64,000 bases of DNA from Octopus sinensis (taxonomy: Eukaryota), in the NCBI RefSeq assembly GCF_006345805.1, contig NC_043001.1, forward strand, positions 127,286,001 to 127,350,000, given 5' to 3'. The notes beneath the pieces are model-generated. The model had not been told where the DNA came from, did no database searches, and saw only the letters and a program-made list of their open reading frames with translations. Below, piece by piece: positions 36,625 through 50,049 of this stretch. A program made the position numbers and the translations under genes. Within the stretch, counting starts at the first letter, position 1, and each line of letters starts with the position of its first letter.

Positions 36625-37030
36625 TACTCTTTACTCTTTACTCTTTTATTAGTTTCAGTCATTTGACTGCGGCCATGCTGGAGCACCGCCTTTAATCGAG
36701 CAACTCGACCCCGGGACTTATTCTTTTGTAAGCCCAGTACTTATTCTATCGGTCTCTTTTGCCGAACCGCTAAGTAACGGGGACATAAACACACCAGCAT
36801 CGGTTGTCAAGCAATGCTAGGGGGACAAACAACACAGACGCACAAACACACACACGCATATATATACATATATACGGCGGGCTTCTTTCAGTTTCCGTCT
36901 ACCAAATCCACTCACAAGGCTTTGGTCAGCCCGAGGCTATAGTAGAAGACACTTGCCCAAGGTGCCACGCAGTGGGACTGAACCCAGAACCATGTGGTTG
37001 GTAAACAAGCTACTTACCACACAGCCACTC
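36625..37030 (-). mobile_element. SINE family S2, full length
   Basis: Reverse complement of S2, including the 3' tail aaacaagtaaaagagta. Confidence 0.9.
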
Positions 37031-38828
37031 TTCGATTTATTAAACAAGCTGTAACAATAGGCGTGGAATTGCAAACCAGCTAGCATTAGAATCGAAATTA
37101 AATCTTCAATAAATAGTATTTTCCTAAACAATACATTCACTTATTTCGGTTAGTAACTTATTCACAAAAATACCATGAATGACGGTGCCTTTCATGTCAT
37201 TTCAGCCAATTGACATGCGCTGCATGAAGAACTGTTCTGCTTTTAGACAAAAGCACCGTCGTCGCAAATGTCACACTCTGTTTACGTGTAGTAACACCTT
37301 CTTGGTTTATATTGATGGATGTACTAATGTTTTGTAACGATGTACTCTATATAACAACCAACCCAAAAGCAGACAGAGATCGCCATTTATCCATCAATAA
37401 TATTGCAATCTGCACTGGCCTCATACAATTCACATGCTGTTTACGTGTAGGAATATTTTCTTAATTCCTATTGATAGCTGTATTTCGTAAGTGTTGTGAA
37501 TGTATTGATAATCAACACGTTTTTTTTTAAGTCTATATGCAAATTTATTTATATGTCTACTGTAAAACTAAATGTCAGTCTGTTTCTACATTCATTCTAA
37601 ATCTATTTCAATACTAGCGCCCTTGACGGTAATATTCTCTGAGAACGCACAAAATCCCTTTGCAGAGTTATTTACATTGAATCGTTATTATCTCATATCT
37701 GATTCGCCTGTTATTGCGTTACATGTTTCACAATTTTAGTATACATACCTTATTGGTATTTCCTCCTAAGTTTTATATACTCTGGGAACGCATTAAAGCA
37801 CTTTTAGGGGCTACATTATTTGAATTCTTTCAATCGGGTAAGGAATTTCATGTTCTTACATAACTGACTTCACAATTTGGATATTCATAACTTATCAGGA
37901 TTTCCTAAAAACAAGATCCTATGTATGACAGTTTGGTATACTCTGTAAATGCACGAATACCTTTTTAAGGGCTATATAGTTTGTTTTGTTGTTATTGGAT
38001 TAGCGAAACAATAATAAGAGAGGAACCAATGGATAAGCCCCGTTTTTCCGGGAATTACTAGATACGTCAGCTAGTATGTGCATATATATATACTTAGAAA
38101 TTACTGCATCACGTTCAATTAAATAATAAATAATGTGTGTATGTATGTGTGTGTGTGAGTGTATACACATGCATATATGGGTACAGGACGTCCCCAACGG
38201 TGCAAATAACATGAAATACGTAAACAAACGTGGGAGAAAGCGAGTGAAAAACGTAAACAACGAGAAGAAAAATTGAAAACAGGGTAAGTAAACACAGAGA
38301 AAGGACTCTTCAACAGTTGTCGGCTGTCTATATACTCCTCATTTCGAGCATTCAACAACAATATAAGTCTTCAAAGATAGTTGCTCCCATAAATTCTGAA
38401 CTAAAATTTAGGATTTATGGAGGGTTAAAGTTGGGAACAAAAATCATGACAGTGGAGATATACAAGGAAACCGAACAGAAACAAACATGGAGGGTCTTTC
38501 GACCAGAACAAGAGCAAAATAGTGAATGCTTGAAAAGAGAAAAGATAGAAGAGAGAGAAAAAATCACGTCTGCTCTTTTAAACGTCTGTGCAGGAAAAGA
38601 AAGATGGTCACGTGAGGTAAAGAAAGATGGACGATGGTCACGTGTGAGCAACGAGAGAGAGAAAAAAGAGAAAGAGGAGAGAGAGAGAGACAGATAGAAA
38701 ACGGTGAAGAGGGGAGGAGGAGAAAAGGTAATTACAAAAGGATGGAGGAAGAAGGATGGGGACGTCCTGTACCCATATATGCTTGTGTGTGTGTGTGTGT
38801 GGGGGTGTGTATGTGTGTATACTATATA

Positions 38829-38879
<51 letters not shown>

Positions 38880-39044
38880 CCTTTCTTCATCAAATTTTTA
38901 TTCTCGTTTTTGCGCCCCTGTCTTTCCGACCACCGACGTGCAATGATCACAAAAATTAGAATCAGCAGCGATATGTTGAGACTGTTTATTGGGTAAGGCG
39001 ATGTGGTGGATCGGATAAAATAAAGGGTGAGACTCATGGCGAAG

Positions 39045-39200
39045 CTGGGGGGTCAGTTTCTGTCTATGAAATCCACTCACAAGACTTTGGTTGGTCTGAG
39101 GCTATAGCAGAAGACACATACCAAGTGAGCACACAGTGAAACTGAGCCCAGGACCACGTGTTTTGGAACAAAGTTTCTTACCACACAGCCACACCTGCAC
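39045..39200 (-). mobile_element. SINE family S2, diverged 5' half
   Basis: aaatccactcacaagactttgg...cttaccacacagccac. Confidence 0.75.
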
Positions 39201-39374
39201 CTATGTGTGTGTGTTTGTGTGTTTGTTTATATGTTTGTGTGTGTATATATGTATGTATGTATATATATATGTGTGTGTGTGTATAAATAAATGTATGCAT
39301 TATATATGTGTACATATTACATATACATCTATATATGTACATCTACATCTATATATATGCATATGTGCAGACGT

Positions 39375-39438
<64 letters not shown>

Positions 39439-40022
39439 CAAATATATTATATGTAAAGCATAATATGTTATACATGTTTGTATATTCTTGTAATTGTCAT
39501 TTTAGTAAATAAATGAAAAAGTTGACATAATATAATGTCTAAAAGTTGTTCAAGTTGATCCCCTCCATTTTCTTATTGCTCTCTATATATTGTATATATG
39601 TATGTATACCTGTATATATGTGAGATAATAGTTTCACTTTAATAGCTTCAGTATTAATCGTGAAACTATTAAAGTGAAAGTATCCGACATTGCAATAGAG
39701 AGATGTTATTGTTTCACTTTTAACACGTAATACTGAAATAGTGGAAGATATAAGAGATTGCTCTGGGCTCGCATTAGACAAGAAGTTGAAAATTTTTTTT
39801 TAGCTCATGACACTACATGGATCCTAAGTAAGGCATGTGTAAAATCTGAATGAAATTGGTTGTGTAGCTCTCGAGTTTTAGGGATTCATACAGAAACACA
39901 CACACACACACACATAGACAGAGAGACACACCACAGATTCTCATCTTTATATATAAAAGAAGAAAATGAAAATCGGGACTGGGAAAGTAATAATTGTTTA
40001 TTATTGACAGCAAATTAATCAT

Positions 40023-40104
40023 CTTCCCTTACAGCTGTTTCAATTAATACTCAGTAAATATTAAACTTATATTTATAAGACCTGAGCTTATCTTCAGAGG
40101 AAAA
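40023..40104 (-). ncRNA. Type I hammerhead motif H10
   Basis: UUUUCCU CUGAAGA [GCUCAG/CUGAGU hairpin] GAAA CAGCUGU A / AGGGAAG; 7-bp helix I; palindromic helix III ACAGCUGU; base of helix II imperfect. Confidence 0.75.
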
Positions 40105-40387
40105 AAAATATATCCTTTGATTCAGTCTACTATAATAAATCCACAATCACATATACAGCATCCAAGAGTATATCTTGACGACAACAGAGGGGCATCCCAT
40201 TCGCAGTGGGCCAACCAAGCGCCTAGACTCCAACCCAGGTATTTCCAGGTCCCCACGCATACATACACATGTGCATGTGTATATATAAATATACACACAC
40301 ATACATACATACATACATACATACATACATACATACATACACACATATATATATGTGTGTATATATATGTATATATATATATGTATG

Positions 40388-40468
<81 letters not shown>

Positions 40469-40495
40469 AAAGAAAAACAGGACGCAAAGGATTTT

Positions 40496-40582
40496 GTGGT
40501 ACATATGTTTCGGGCTTTATTGAACAACTTATATCAATGCATAATTGATATAACAGGTAGATCAAAAGCCTTCTTCAGCCGC
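40496..40582 (-). ncRNA. Type I hammerhead motif H11
   Basis: GCGG CUGAAGA A-GGCUUU...AAAGCC-C GAAA CAUAUGU A / CCAC; distal 10-bp hairpin UUAUAUCAAU/AUUGAUAUAA; palindromic helix III ACAUAUGU. Confidence 0.8.
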
Positions 40583-40775
40583 GTACAATTACCACACCAA
40601 AGACATGTATCACATTATAGCAGGTTAGAGAAAAAGTTTGGGAAAACCCCAAGTTTCATTGGGAAAGTAAATCCTCATAGGCGTATATGGCATTGCGAGA
40701 CTCCAAAACAAATCGTCCATACTGTTTTTTCACTCGATAAAGAATGAAGGAATTGGATGTTGATATATATATACA

Positions 40776-41105
40776 TGTTATGGCTCAGTGGTTAGAGCGT
40801 CGAGCTTACGATCGTGAGGTTGTGAGCTCGAATCCCGGACCGGGCTGCGTGTTGTGTTCTCGAGCAAGGCACTTTATTTCACGTTGCTCCAGTTCACTCA
40901 GCTGTAGAAATGAGTTGCGACGTCACTGGTGCCAAGCTGTATCGACCTTTGTCTTTCCCTTGGATAACACTGGTGGCGTGGAGAGGGGAGGCTGGTATGC
41001 ATGGGCGACTGCTGGTCTTCCATAAACAACCTTGCCCGGACTTGTGTCTAGGAGGGTAACTTTCTAGGTGCAATCCCATGGTCATTCATGACCGAAGGGG
41101 GTCTT
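40776..41105 (+). mobile_element. SINE family S4, full length
   Basis: tRNA-like head ggctcagtggttagagcgtcg...ctcgaatcccggacc. Confidence 0.9.
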
Positions 41106-41631
41106 TACCTACGCACGCATCTACATATGCACATTATTCGAATATATGAAACTACTGCAGGAATAAAATACATGACCAAAGTGAGTGAAAGATCGCCACA
41201 AATCCAACACTACGATTTGATTACATCTCCGTTGAGAGCTAGCTTCGTTTTGATGAGAAATGTTTATTTAGCCTCATATCAGGCTAATCCACCACTGGTT
41301 ACGATGGTCAACGATGTTCCAGTCATCATCATCCGTTTCTTTGCTTGCTTCCATTTTTGTAGTTTGTGGGGTGGGGGGGCTTTCATACGTACATAACGCA
41401 ATGTATACTTGCTCTTTTTCCCCACAAGACATCAGGCTGGTTGTGATTTGAAGGTGAATTGGCAGTTATTTCTAGCAAAACAAATGACTGATGAGAAACT
41501 CCGTCAACCGAAGGTTATAGTTTACTGTCTGAAGAGGGTCGGTCTCAGTTTGGTGGGTTTCGCTATAGATTTTCTAACCCCAACCCTAACACGACCATCA
41601 CTACCATGTTGCAACTACGTAGCTAATAACC

Positions 41632-41862
41632 TATTTCTTTACAACCCACAAGGGGCTAAACACAGAGAGGACAAACAAGGACAGACAAAGGGATTAAATC
41701 GACTACATCGACCCCAGTGCGTAACTGGTACTTATTTAATCGACCCCGAAAGGATGAAAGGCAAAGTCGACCTCGGCGGAATTTAAACTCAGAACGTGGC
41801 GGCGGACGAAATACTGCTAGGCATTTCGCCCGGCGTGCTAACGATTCTGCCAGCTCGCCGCC
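41632..41862 (-). mobile_element. SINE family S3 with TSD
   Basis: agctaataacc duplicated on both flanks. Confidence 0.95.
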
Positions 41863-42029
41863 AGCTAATAACCACCTGATGATTTAATACACGGAAATCT
41901 TATAATCTTTCCATTTGAAATTAAACTAATTATATTGTTTTTTTTTTAGTCGCATGTTAGCCCTAATGAAGCAGAATTCATAACAGGGTCAGTTCATCTA
42001 TTTTCGTTTTTCCTTTTTTTTTTCTTAGA

Positions 42030-42200
42030 TATAGGCGCCGACGCGGCTGTGTGGTAAGAAGCTTGCCTTTCATCCACATGGTTTCAGTTTCACCTAGGGC
42101 AAGTGACTTTTGCTATAGCCTCGGGCCAACCAAAGCCTTGTAAATAAATTTGGTTGACGGAAAGTGTAAAAAGCTTAACGTGTGTGTGTGTGTGTATGCG

Positions 42201-42231
<31 letters not shown>

Positions 42232-42435
42232 TGTGTGTGTGCCTTTTAGTTTGTGTTTGTCCTCCACTACCGTTTGACAACTGGTATTGGTGTGTTTACG
42301 TTCCTGTAACGTAGCGGTTCGGCAAAAGAGTCTGATAGAATAAGTATCTGACTTAGAAAAAAAAACAAGTCCCGGGGTCGATTTTTACGACTAAAACCCT
42401 TCAAAGCAGTGCCCCAGTATGACCTCAGTAACAAA
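42030..42435 (+). mobile_element. SINE family S2, diverged
   Basis: ggctgtgtggtaagaagcttg...aagtccccggggtcg. Confidence 0.8.
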
Positions 42436-42741
42436 TAAAAAATAAAAGCTAGTATATCTAGTGTTACATTATCCAATATTACGTTCTTTTTGTTTGTGGG
42501 AGGTTTGGGGTAGAGGAAGATGGTAGGGTGTAATTTGAGGAAAGTGCTCCCTTTATCTCTAGTTTCTCGAGTAGCACACAGAAGCTCTTTTTGTAAGCGC
42601 CTGATTATGGTGTTAAGAAGAAATGTGATCACTTTAATTTTACTCATATCATCTTGAGCCAGTGTCTTTCACTAACTTTGGATCACTTCAAACCCGGTGA
42701 ATGAAACCGGGTTGAACGAAACAGCTTGGGAGCCTGTTAAA

Positions 42742-43142
42742 TCTTTATATATAAAAGTGAAGTTGTGTGCCTGTCTCCTACGATTTAGATTCCTAACTAC
42801 TCCCACATTTTGCGGTGCAGTTTAACCAAAACCGGGTATCTTATAGTCGTGATTCATATCAAGCCCTTCTGGGTATTAGCGCGCGTCTACAATGAGTCTA
42901 CGATTTAAAAAAAAATTTACCATCATTTTTTCCATTTTAATGCATTTTTTCGCTATTATATAAGGGAAGTAACTCTCTAAAAATGTCTATGATGAGTCAA
43001 CGATTTTTTTAAAAAATTACCATCATTTTTTTTTCCATTTTTAATGCATTTTTTTTTTGCTATTTTTTGGCTATAACTCTCTAAAAATGCTTATATAGTT
43101 ATTTCCATTACAAACCCGAGCAACGCCGGGCGATACTGCTAG
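42742..43142 (+). mobile_element. Non-autonomous Helitron-like element
   Basis: A|TC...CTAG|T; hairpin cccgagcaacgccggg about 10 nt from the 3' end. Confidence 0.9.
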
Positions 43143-43199
43143 TGGATTATATAAGTGTCTAGTCATGCTAATTCTGTCAAAGAATTACATTAACACTAA

Positions 43200-43622
43200 G
43201 TAGGGAGTTATTTGTCTTATGAAGAAAGGCTGAAGACGCTCGACCTTTATTCTCTAGAAAAACGACGACACCGTGGTGATCTCATTCTTGCTCACAACAT
43301 CATAGGCGGAAAGTGTAACCTCTCGAAAGAGCTGTTCTTCACTCTTGCTCCAGAGCGTAGGCTGCGGGGTCACTCCGAAAAGCTCTATCTGCAACGATTT
43401 CATCTCAATCAAAGGAGAGGGGCTTTCTCCGTCCGGGTTGCGGATCCGTAGAATAAGCTGCCGGACGAGATAGTGAAGATGCCGACGACCGCTCGGTTCA
43501 AAGTCTCTCTTGACCAGAAATGGCCTGAACTCTTTGCATGAACACCCTCCCCGTACATAATTCCATGTCCCCCTACATGGCCTTGCTTTTTGAGCCAAAA
43601 AAATTAACTTAACTTAACTTAT
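43200..43622 (+). mobile_element. CR1-clade LINE 3' end
   Basis: LSYEERLKTLDLYSLEKRRHRGDLI...; same family as 35312; (TTAAC)n tail. Confidence 0.9.
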
Positions 43623-43740
43623 TCGAACAACTGAAACATTCATCGTAGAAACCGACGTAGATCCATTTACAGAAGCAGGTGAACAACTAAGAGGCTACGT
43701 CCTTGTTTCAGTTGATATATGCGGTTATTACAAGATACCT

Positions 43741-43975
43741 ATTTCTTTACTACCCACAAGGGGCTAAACACAGAGAGGACGAAGAAGGACAGACAAACGG
43801 ATTCAGTCGATTATATCGACCGCAGAGCGTAACTGGTACTTACTTAATCGACCCCGAAAGGATAAAAGGCAAAGTCGACCTCGGCGGAATTTGAACTCAC
43901 AACGTAGCGACAGACGAAATACCGCTAAGCATTTCGCCCGGCGTGCTAACGTTTCTGCCAGCTCGCCGCCTTGTA
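43741..43975 (-). mobile_element. SINE family S3 with TSD
   Basis: tattacaagatacct (15 bp) duplicated on both flanks. Confidence 0.95.
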
Positions 43976-44039
43976 TATTACAAGATACCTTTGCTAACCT
44001 CCCCTTGATTAGAACCATCTCTAATCCAAGGGAGATAAG

Positions 44040-44880
44040 TTTACCTCTCCCGGAAGTTGTTACGTCCCTTGACACGCATGAGTTTCCACGTAAGCTACTT
44101 ACGCCAGAAGTGGTCGTCGTTGGTTCGTTTTCGTTCGCCACTAAACTCTGTCGTGTGTCACCGGCCGCTCTTACAAACAACAACATATTTACACACATAC
44201 CAACACCTGCACACGTGTAATCACACCAGAAGAACCAGCATTTCACATCTGTGATGTCAAACATATTCTCTCCAGTTCGTAAATCTATTTGTGTCATCTC
44301 GGTATTTAATTTTATTTCATCTGTGAATTCAAGTGATTTTGTTGCAAGGTGTGAATGGATGGAGTGTTGACAAACGTCTGACATTTACCCTATGACTCAC
44401 ATATCACCACTGCCAGCAACCATTTCATCAAGAACAAACTACATATAATAATAATTAATATTTTCTATATAAAAAGACAAAAAAAAATTGTCATCTGTCG
44501 CCATCTCCACCATAATCACCATTACTTATGTGATATCAACTAAAAGAAGAAAACAAGACTTATCATAGTTACATTTATTTTTTGCGTACTTTTGTTGTGA
44601 CATTACCGAACACTATCTTCGGGTTCGGGTTCGATTGTGTCACTGTTTTATCCAAAAGAGAAACGTAAACCATGTTAAGAAGTCTATCGAGCGGCATTTA
44701 AAGTCTGATTGTGTAAGTTCGAGAAAGAAAGAAAGAGAGGAAAAACACCGCAAAAGTGTAAGAAAAAGAACCCCCCCCCCCAATTTTTCCCCCTATTGAA
44801 CCAACTTCCGCTTCAAATTAGTCATCCACAACACGACCCTTCGTTTTGTTTGTTTGTTGTTTGTTTTCCCCTCTCAGTAC
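44040..44880 (+). promoter_or_regulatory. Probable GOLT1B promoter / 5' region
   Basis: CCGGAAGT at 44050, ACTTCCG near 44805, CpG-rich patch 44050-44170; possible donor GTAAGC at 44090; strong acceptor (tttcccctctcag) ending 44877, upstream of the ATG exon. Confidence 0.4.
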
Positions 44881-45011
44881 TGAAGCGTGTTTCTATGTGA
44901 CACTGTCAAATAAAACAATAAACCTTCATATTTATAATAATAACACCCATTATATTATCACCATTATAACTTAATTAGCAGTGTCACCACTCTACACGTA
45001 CTTGATTCAAG

Positions 45012-45036
45012 ATGATGGAAGTAACAGATTGTCAAA
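45012..45036 (+). CDS. GOLT1B: Got1/GOLT1B vesicle transport protein, coding exon 1 (MMEVTDCQ-K)
   Basis: ATG ATG GAA GTA ACA GAT TGT CAA A|gtaagt; phase 1 joins exon 2 to give K-IGVG, like vertebrate MISLTDTQK-IG. Confidence 0.8.
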
Positions 45037-45864
45037 GTAAGTAAAAACATCGCTCAATTATCCTCTCTTTTTTCATGTCTTATTTATTGCTTTACCTTTA
45101 CGTTGACTGGTCAACTGATTATTCTGATTGACATTTTACTTTTTTTTCTCACGGCCTGCTTGAAATAGCTGCTAAATTTCTCTCAATTCACACGCTTCTG
45201 TATTTTATATTAAAAAAAAAAAAAAAAGAAGCAAAGGGACGGATAACAGAACCCGGTGCACTCAATACGGCATACATACACACGCAACATGCAAAAACAA
45301 ACAGAAAGAATTATGAATGCTTTAGGTTATCGAAACTGACTTGCGAGGAAACGACACCCTATTTTTTCATTCCTACATCTTTCATTTCACAAATAATTTT
45401 ATAATTCCTTAACTGAATTTCATGATTTAATTTTCTGTCAATTAACTATCCACAAAGTTTGATTTTTTTTTTTTTTAAGCGGATAAAGTGATTAGTAATG
45501 TAAAGGGAATTGAAATTAGACACGTGGAATCAACACACCGAATTTCTGGGGGTTTTTTTGTTGTTTTTTTAACATCTTTTCATATATGTCGGCGGTCATG
45601 TAATGACAAGTATGTTAAGTAGTATTGGTACGATACCCCAAATGTGTAGGGGGAGGTGTTTTGTCGTTGAATGGACTTTCAGAATTGACACTGCTAGGAT
45701 TTGAACGCTGGACATAGAGGGGTGGAATTTACATCTACAGTACTAATGATTTTGCAGAGTTGACATCAGCACTATGAAACAACTTGTAAATGTTTTGACA
45801 TGTAAAACACACTTGTACTCATAGAAGAACGGTTCTTGTAAGTGCAGGAGGATAGTTGACAATA

Positions 45865-46249
45865 TCTTTATATAGAAAAGTCAAGTTGTGTGTCTGTCTC
45901 CTACGATTTAGATTCCTTACTACTCCCACATTTTGCGGTGCAGTGTAACCAAAACCGGGTATCTTATAGTCGTGATTCATATCGAGCCCTTCTAGGTATT
46001 AGCGCGCGTCTACGATGAGTCTACGATTTAAAAAAAAATTTACCATCATTTTTTCCATTTTGATGCATTTTTTTGCTATTATATAAGGGAAGTAACTCTC
46101 TAAAAATGTCTACGATGAGTCAACGATTTTTAAAAAAATTTACCATTTTTTTTTTCCATTTTTAATACATTTTTTTGCTATAACTCTCTAAAAATGCTTA
46201 TATAGTTATTTCCCTTACAAACCCGAGCAACGCCGGGCGATACTGCTAG
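45865..46249 (+). mobile_element. Non-autonomous Helitron-like element in GOLT1B intron 1
   Basis: A|TC...CTAG|T with subterminal hairpin. Confidence 0.9.
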
Positions 46250-47191
46250 TTTGGAATATTTTTAGTTGGAACCACTGCCTTGCGCAAATGAACGAGGCTA
46301 GCAGAGGAAGGGTGGTGGTATAAGAGGAATGTGCTAATTCAGCTGTAATGACATTCTCCGTTAACAGTTTTTGTTATATTACAACGACGTTAATTGTACA
46401 GAAAATTATGGTGAGCCCTTCAATTATGAGGTCCTGACTGAACCTTCTCATATCATCTGATTACTTTTCTTGTCTCTTTCTATCTCCACAACTCTCTGCA
46501 CTTGCCCAGTACACTCTCTGTTTTGTCCATCTTCATCTTCTCTTCTTATTTCTGTTTCATCCCCCCTCTCTTTATCTTCCACCTCTTCCCTTCTGTATTC
46601 GTCCCTTTCTCTCCCCTTACCCACACCCCCTCTCTTCCTGTGTGTGAGAGGAAGTTTTCTGTGTTTGACAACATCATCACTTAACTAGATGGTTTTTGCT
46701 ATATCATCAAAATTACACATACCATACTTACAAGCTAAAAATAGAGTCATTTTGATTGCTCAACGCACTTGAAATAACATCTTTTTCATATCACATTCAA
46801 CTGCCTGAAAAAAATGACAGAATAGATAGTGTCATCTGGGTTACATTGTCTCTGAATGAGAGACAGGATGGTCATAGCTGAATTGCCTTTTGTCCTGGAA
46901 ATAAGCATCAACATTACACTTGCACAAACTGCTACAGAAAGAGATGACTGCTAATCCAGTTATAGCAACCCACATCACACATATTATTAATAGATTCCTG
47001 CATATTTATACAGGTGCAAGCCCGATTCACTTATAAATGTATATTTAAGTAACTTTTACTGGCTTCACTCATTTGACTGGCCATACTGGAGTACCACCAT
47101 GAAGGTTTTTAGACAAACAATTTGACACCAGAACTTTTTTTCTTTAAATCTAGTACTTATTCTATGAGTCTCAAAACACACATATGCATAC

Positions 47192-47252
<61 letters not shown>

Positions 47253-47310
47253 TAATCCAAACATGAAAGCACAAAAAAACACAACAATGCGAGGACGTGG
47301 AACAAATATA

Positions 47311-47380
47311 GTATTATTGGACGCTCAGGAAAGAAGGAAGGTTTAACGTTTCAAGCAGAGCTCTTCGTCAGAAACATAGA
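47311..47380 (-). ncRNA. Type I hammerhead motif H12 (same family as H1), antisense within GOLT1B intron 1
   Basis: CUGACGA A GAGC-UCU-GCUU GAAA CGUU...AGCGU C; helix III 5 bp; helix I weak. Confidence 0.7.
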
Positions 47381-47464
47381 AGGAAAGATCCAGAGAAGAG
47401 AAGACTGAAGGAAAAAAAAAAAATCGCCAACGGTACACACGCAGTCACACACACACACACACTT

Positions 47465-47620
47465 TTGATGGGTTTCTTCCAGTTTCTGTTTGCTTGCAAG
47501 GCTTTGATCAGCTAGAGGCTACAGTAGAAGACCCTTGCCCAAGGTGCCACACAGTGGGACAGAACCCAGAACCATGTGGTTGGCAAGCAAGCTTCTTACC
47601 ACACAGTCACATCTGTGCCT
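47465..47620 (-). mobile_element. SINE family S2, diverged 5' half
   Basis: cccttgcccaaggtgccacacagtggg...cttaccacacag. Confidence 0.75.
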
Positions 47621-47874
47621 ATGTATTTGTAGTCTTCGATCATATTTCAGCTTTGAAATATGCAGGGGGTATAATGTCCAGTTTGGAAATTATCTTAATG
47701 CTACAACTTATCATGTGCTTATCATGTGTTTGTGTATAGGTGTCAGCATGGCTGTTTAGTAAGGAATTTTACTCCTCAACCATGTGAATTCAGTCTCATT
47801 GCATGACACCTTGAACAAGTTTCTTCTATTATAGCCTGTTACACAGAAATTGAAAGAAACCCACCTATAATATC

Positions 47875-48250
47875 ATCATCATCATCGTTTAGCATTCGCT
47901 TTCCATTCTAGCATGGGTTGGACGGTTCAACTGGGGTCTGGGAAGCCAGAAGGCTGCACCAGGCCCAGTCTGATCTGGCAATGTTTCTACGGCTGGATGC
48001 CCTTCCTAACGACAACCACTATATATGTATGTATGTATATATAATAGCCATGCAGGTACTCTACAAGAACCTGCTCTGCCTCAGCTTCCCCAGGGTTCAG
48101 ATTCCAGCAAGCTGCATAGTGAACTGAAGGGCATCCATCCATAGAAACCATGTCAAAGTAGACACTGGAACATGTTGCAGTTCCTGACCCATCAGACCCT
48201 GTCAAACCATCCAACTCATACCAACATGGAGCATGGACATTAAATGATGA
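47875..48250. mobile_element. Two inverted copies of repeat family S5
   Basis: 47875-48010 (catcatc...ggatgcccttcc) and 48125-48250 in reverse orientation. Confidence 0.6.
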
Positions 48251-48267
48251 TATATATATATATTTGT

Positions 48268-48655
48268 AGGTGGCTGTGTGGTAAGTTGCTTGTTTACCAA
48301 CCACATGGTTCCGGGTTCAGTCCCACTGCGTGGCACCTTGGGCAAGTGTCTTCTACTATAGCCTCGGGCCGACCAAAGCCTTGTGAGTGGATTTGGTAGA
48401 CGGAAACTGAAAGAAGCCTGTCGTATATATGTATGTATATATATATATGCGTTTGTGTGTCTGTGTTTGTCCCCCTAGGATTGCTTGACAACCGATGCTG
48501 GTGTGTTTATGTCCCCGTTACTTAGCAGTTCGGCAAAATAGACCGATAGAATAAGTACTGGGCTTACAAAAGAATAAGTCCCGGGGTCGAGTTGCTCGAC
48601 TAAAGGCGGTGCTCCAGCATGGCCGCAGTCAAATGACTGAAACAAGTAAAAGAGT
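48268..48655 (+). mobile_element. SINE family S2, full length
   Basis: Head, internal (TA)n and 3' tail all present. Confidence 0.95.
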
Positions 48656-49004
48656 ATGTGTATATGTCTCTTTGTCTTGATGTTGTGCAATAGTTGTCAA
48701 CAATCATCATCATTTAAGCAGTATCATTCATTCTTCTGTGAAAGTATGATCAATTCTTGTGTAGTTCATATTCAAACTGACAAATGAAAATATTACCTTG
48801 TTCGTAAACCAGTGAGGGTTTGTGGCAGGAAGAGCATCTTGCCATATGAAATGTATCCTAGTGAATTTCATCTGACACATGCAAATATGAAAAAGTTGAT
48901 GATGATATACATGTGTGTGTATGTATACACATAAGAAGATGATATACATGTGTGTGTGTGTATGTTGAATTACAGTATGGAAAGTGCATGGGTTAGTGGT
49001 TAGG

Positions 49005-49290
49005 GTATTCAGCTTAAGGTCATGAGTTCAGTTCCGGGCAACACATTGCACTCTTGAGCAAGATACTTTTTTTCACATTGCTCCAGTCCACTCAGCTGGC
49101 AAAAATGATTTGTACCTGTATTTCAAAGAGCCAGCCTTGTTACACTGTGTCATGCCGAATCTCCCTGAGAACTACATTAAGGGTACACAAGTCTGTGGAG
49201 TGCTCAGCCACTTTCATGTTAGTTTCACAAGCAAGCTGTTCTGTTGATCAGATCATCTGGAAGCCTCATCATCATAACGGATGGAGTGCC
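49005..49290 (+). mobile_element. Old chimeric SINE: S4-type head/core with S1 type-A tail
   Basis: ttgagcaagatact...ctccagtccactcagctgg followed by tgtacctgtatttcaaag...gagaactacattaagggtacac. Confidence 0.7.
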
Positions 49291-49397
49291 TGAAGGAATC
49301 ACAGTCAAAGTTACTCTGAGTAACTCACCAACTCCCTTAAGATCACATCAAATCATGTCTTAGAATCTTAAGCTTAGCGATCATATTGATTTACTCT

Positions 49398-49800
49398 ATC
49401 TTTTACTCTTTTACTTGTTTCAGCCATTTGACTGCGGCCATGCTGGAGCACCGCCTTTAATCGAGCAACTCGACCCCGGGACTTATTCTTTTGTAAGCCC
49501 AGTACTTATTCTATCGTTCTCTTTTGCCGAACCGCTAAGTAACGGGGACATAAACACACCAGCATCGGTTGTCAAGCAATGCTAGGGAGACAAACACACT
49601 CACACAAACACACACACGCATATATATGTATACATATATACGACGGGCTTCTTTCAGTTTCCGTCTACCAAATCCACTCACAAGGCTCTGGTCGGCCCGA
49701 GGCTATAGTAGAAGACACTTGCCCAAGGTGACATGCAGTGGGACTGAACCCGGAACCATGTGGCTGGTAAACAAGCTACTTACCACACAGCCACTCCTGC
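49398..49800 (-). mobile_element. SINE family S2, full length
   Basis: Reverse complement of S2. Confidence 0.95.
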
Positions 49801-50049
49801 GTACTAATTTTGCAGTTTATCAAAAACTTGGAGTAACAGACTTTGTGATTGTGGGCTGGAATTTGTTCATTTGTTTTTTACATCCATTTTTCTATGTTGG
49901 CATAAGATGAATAGGAACATATTCCAGGCAGAATTTTATGGTTGGATGCTCTTTATGTCACCAACCCATACCTGTTTTTGTTTACATAGGGTACTTTTAT
50001 ATCACAGGTCTTTGTAAACCAGTTGTAATGTCAACCAGGAATGTAAATA

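Noticed and set aside
41488-41510. CUGAUGA-GAAAC-UCC-GUC
   Set aside because: No helix II and no helix I pairing.
41871-41910. CCAC-CUGAUGA...GAAAU
   Set aside because: Helices I and III cannot be formed.
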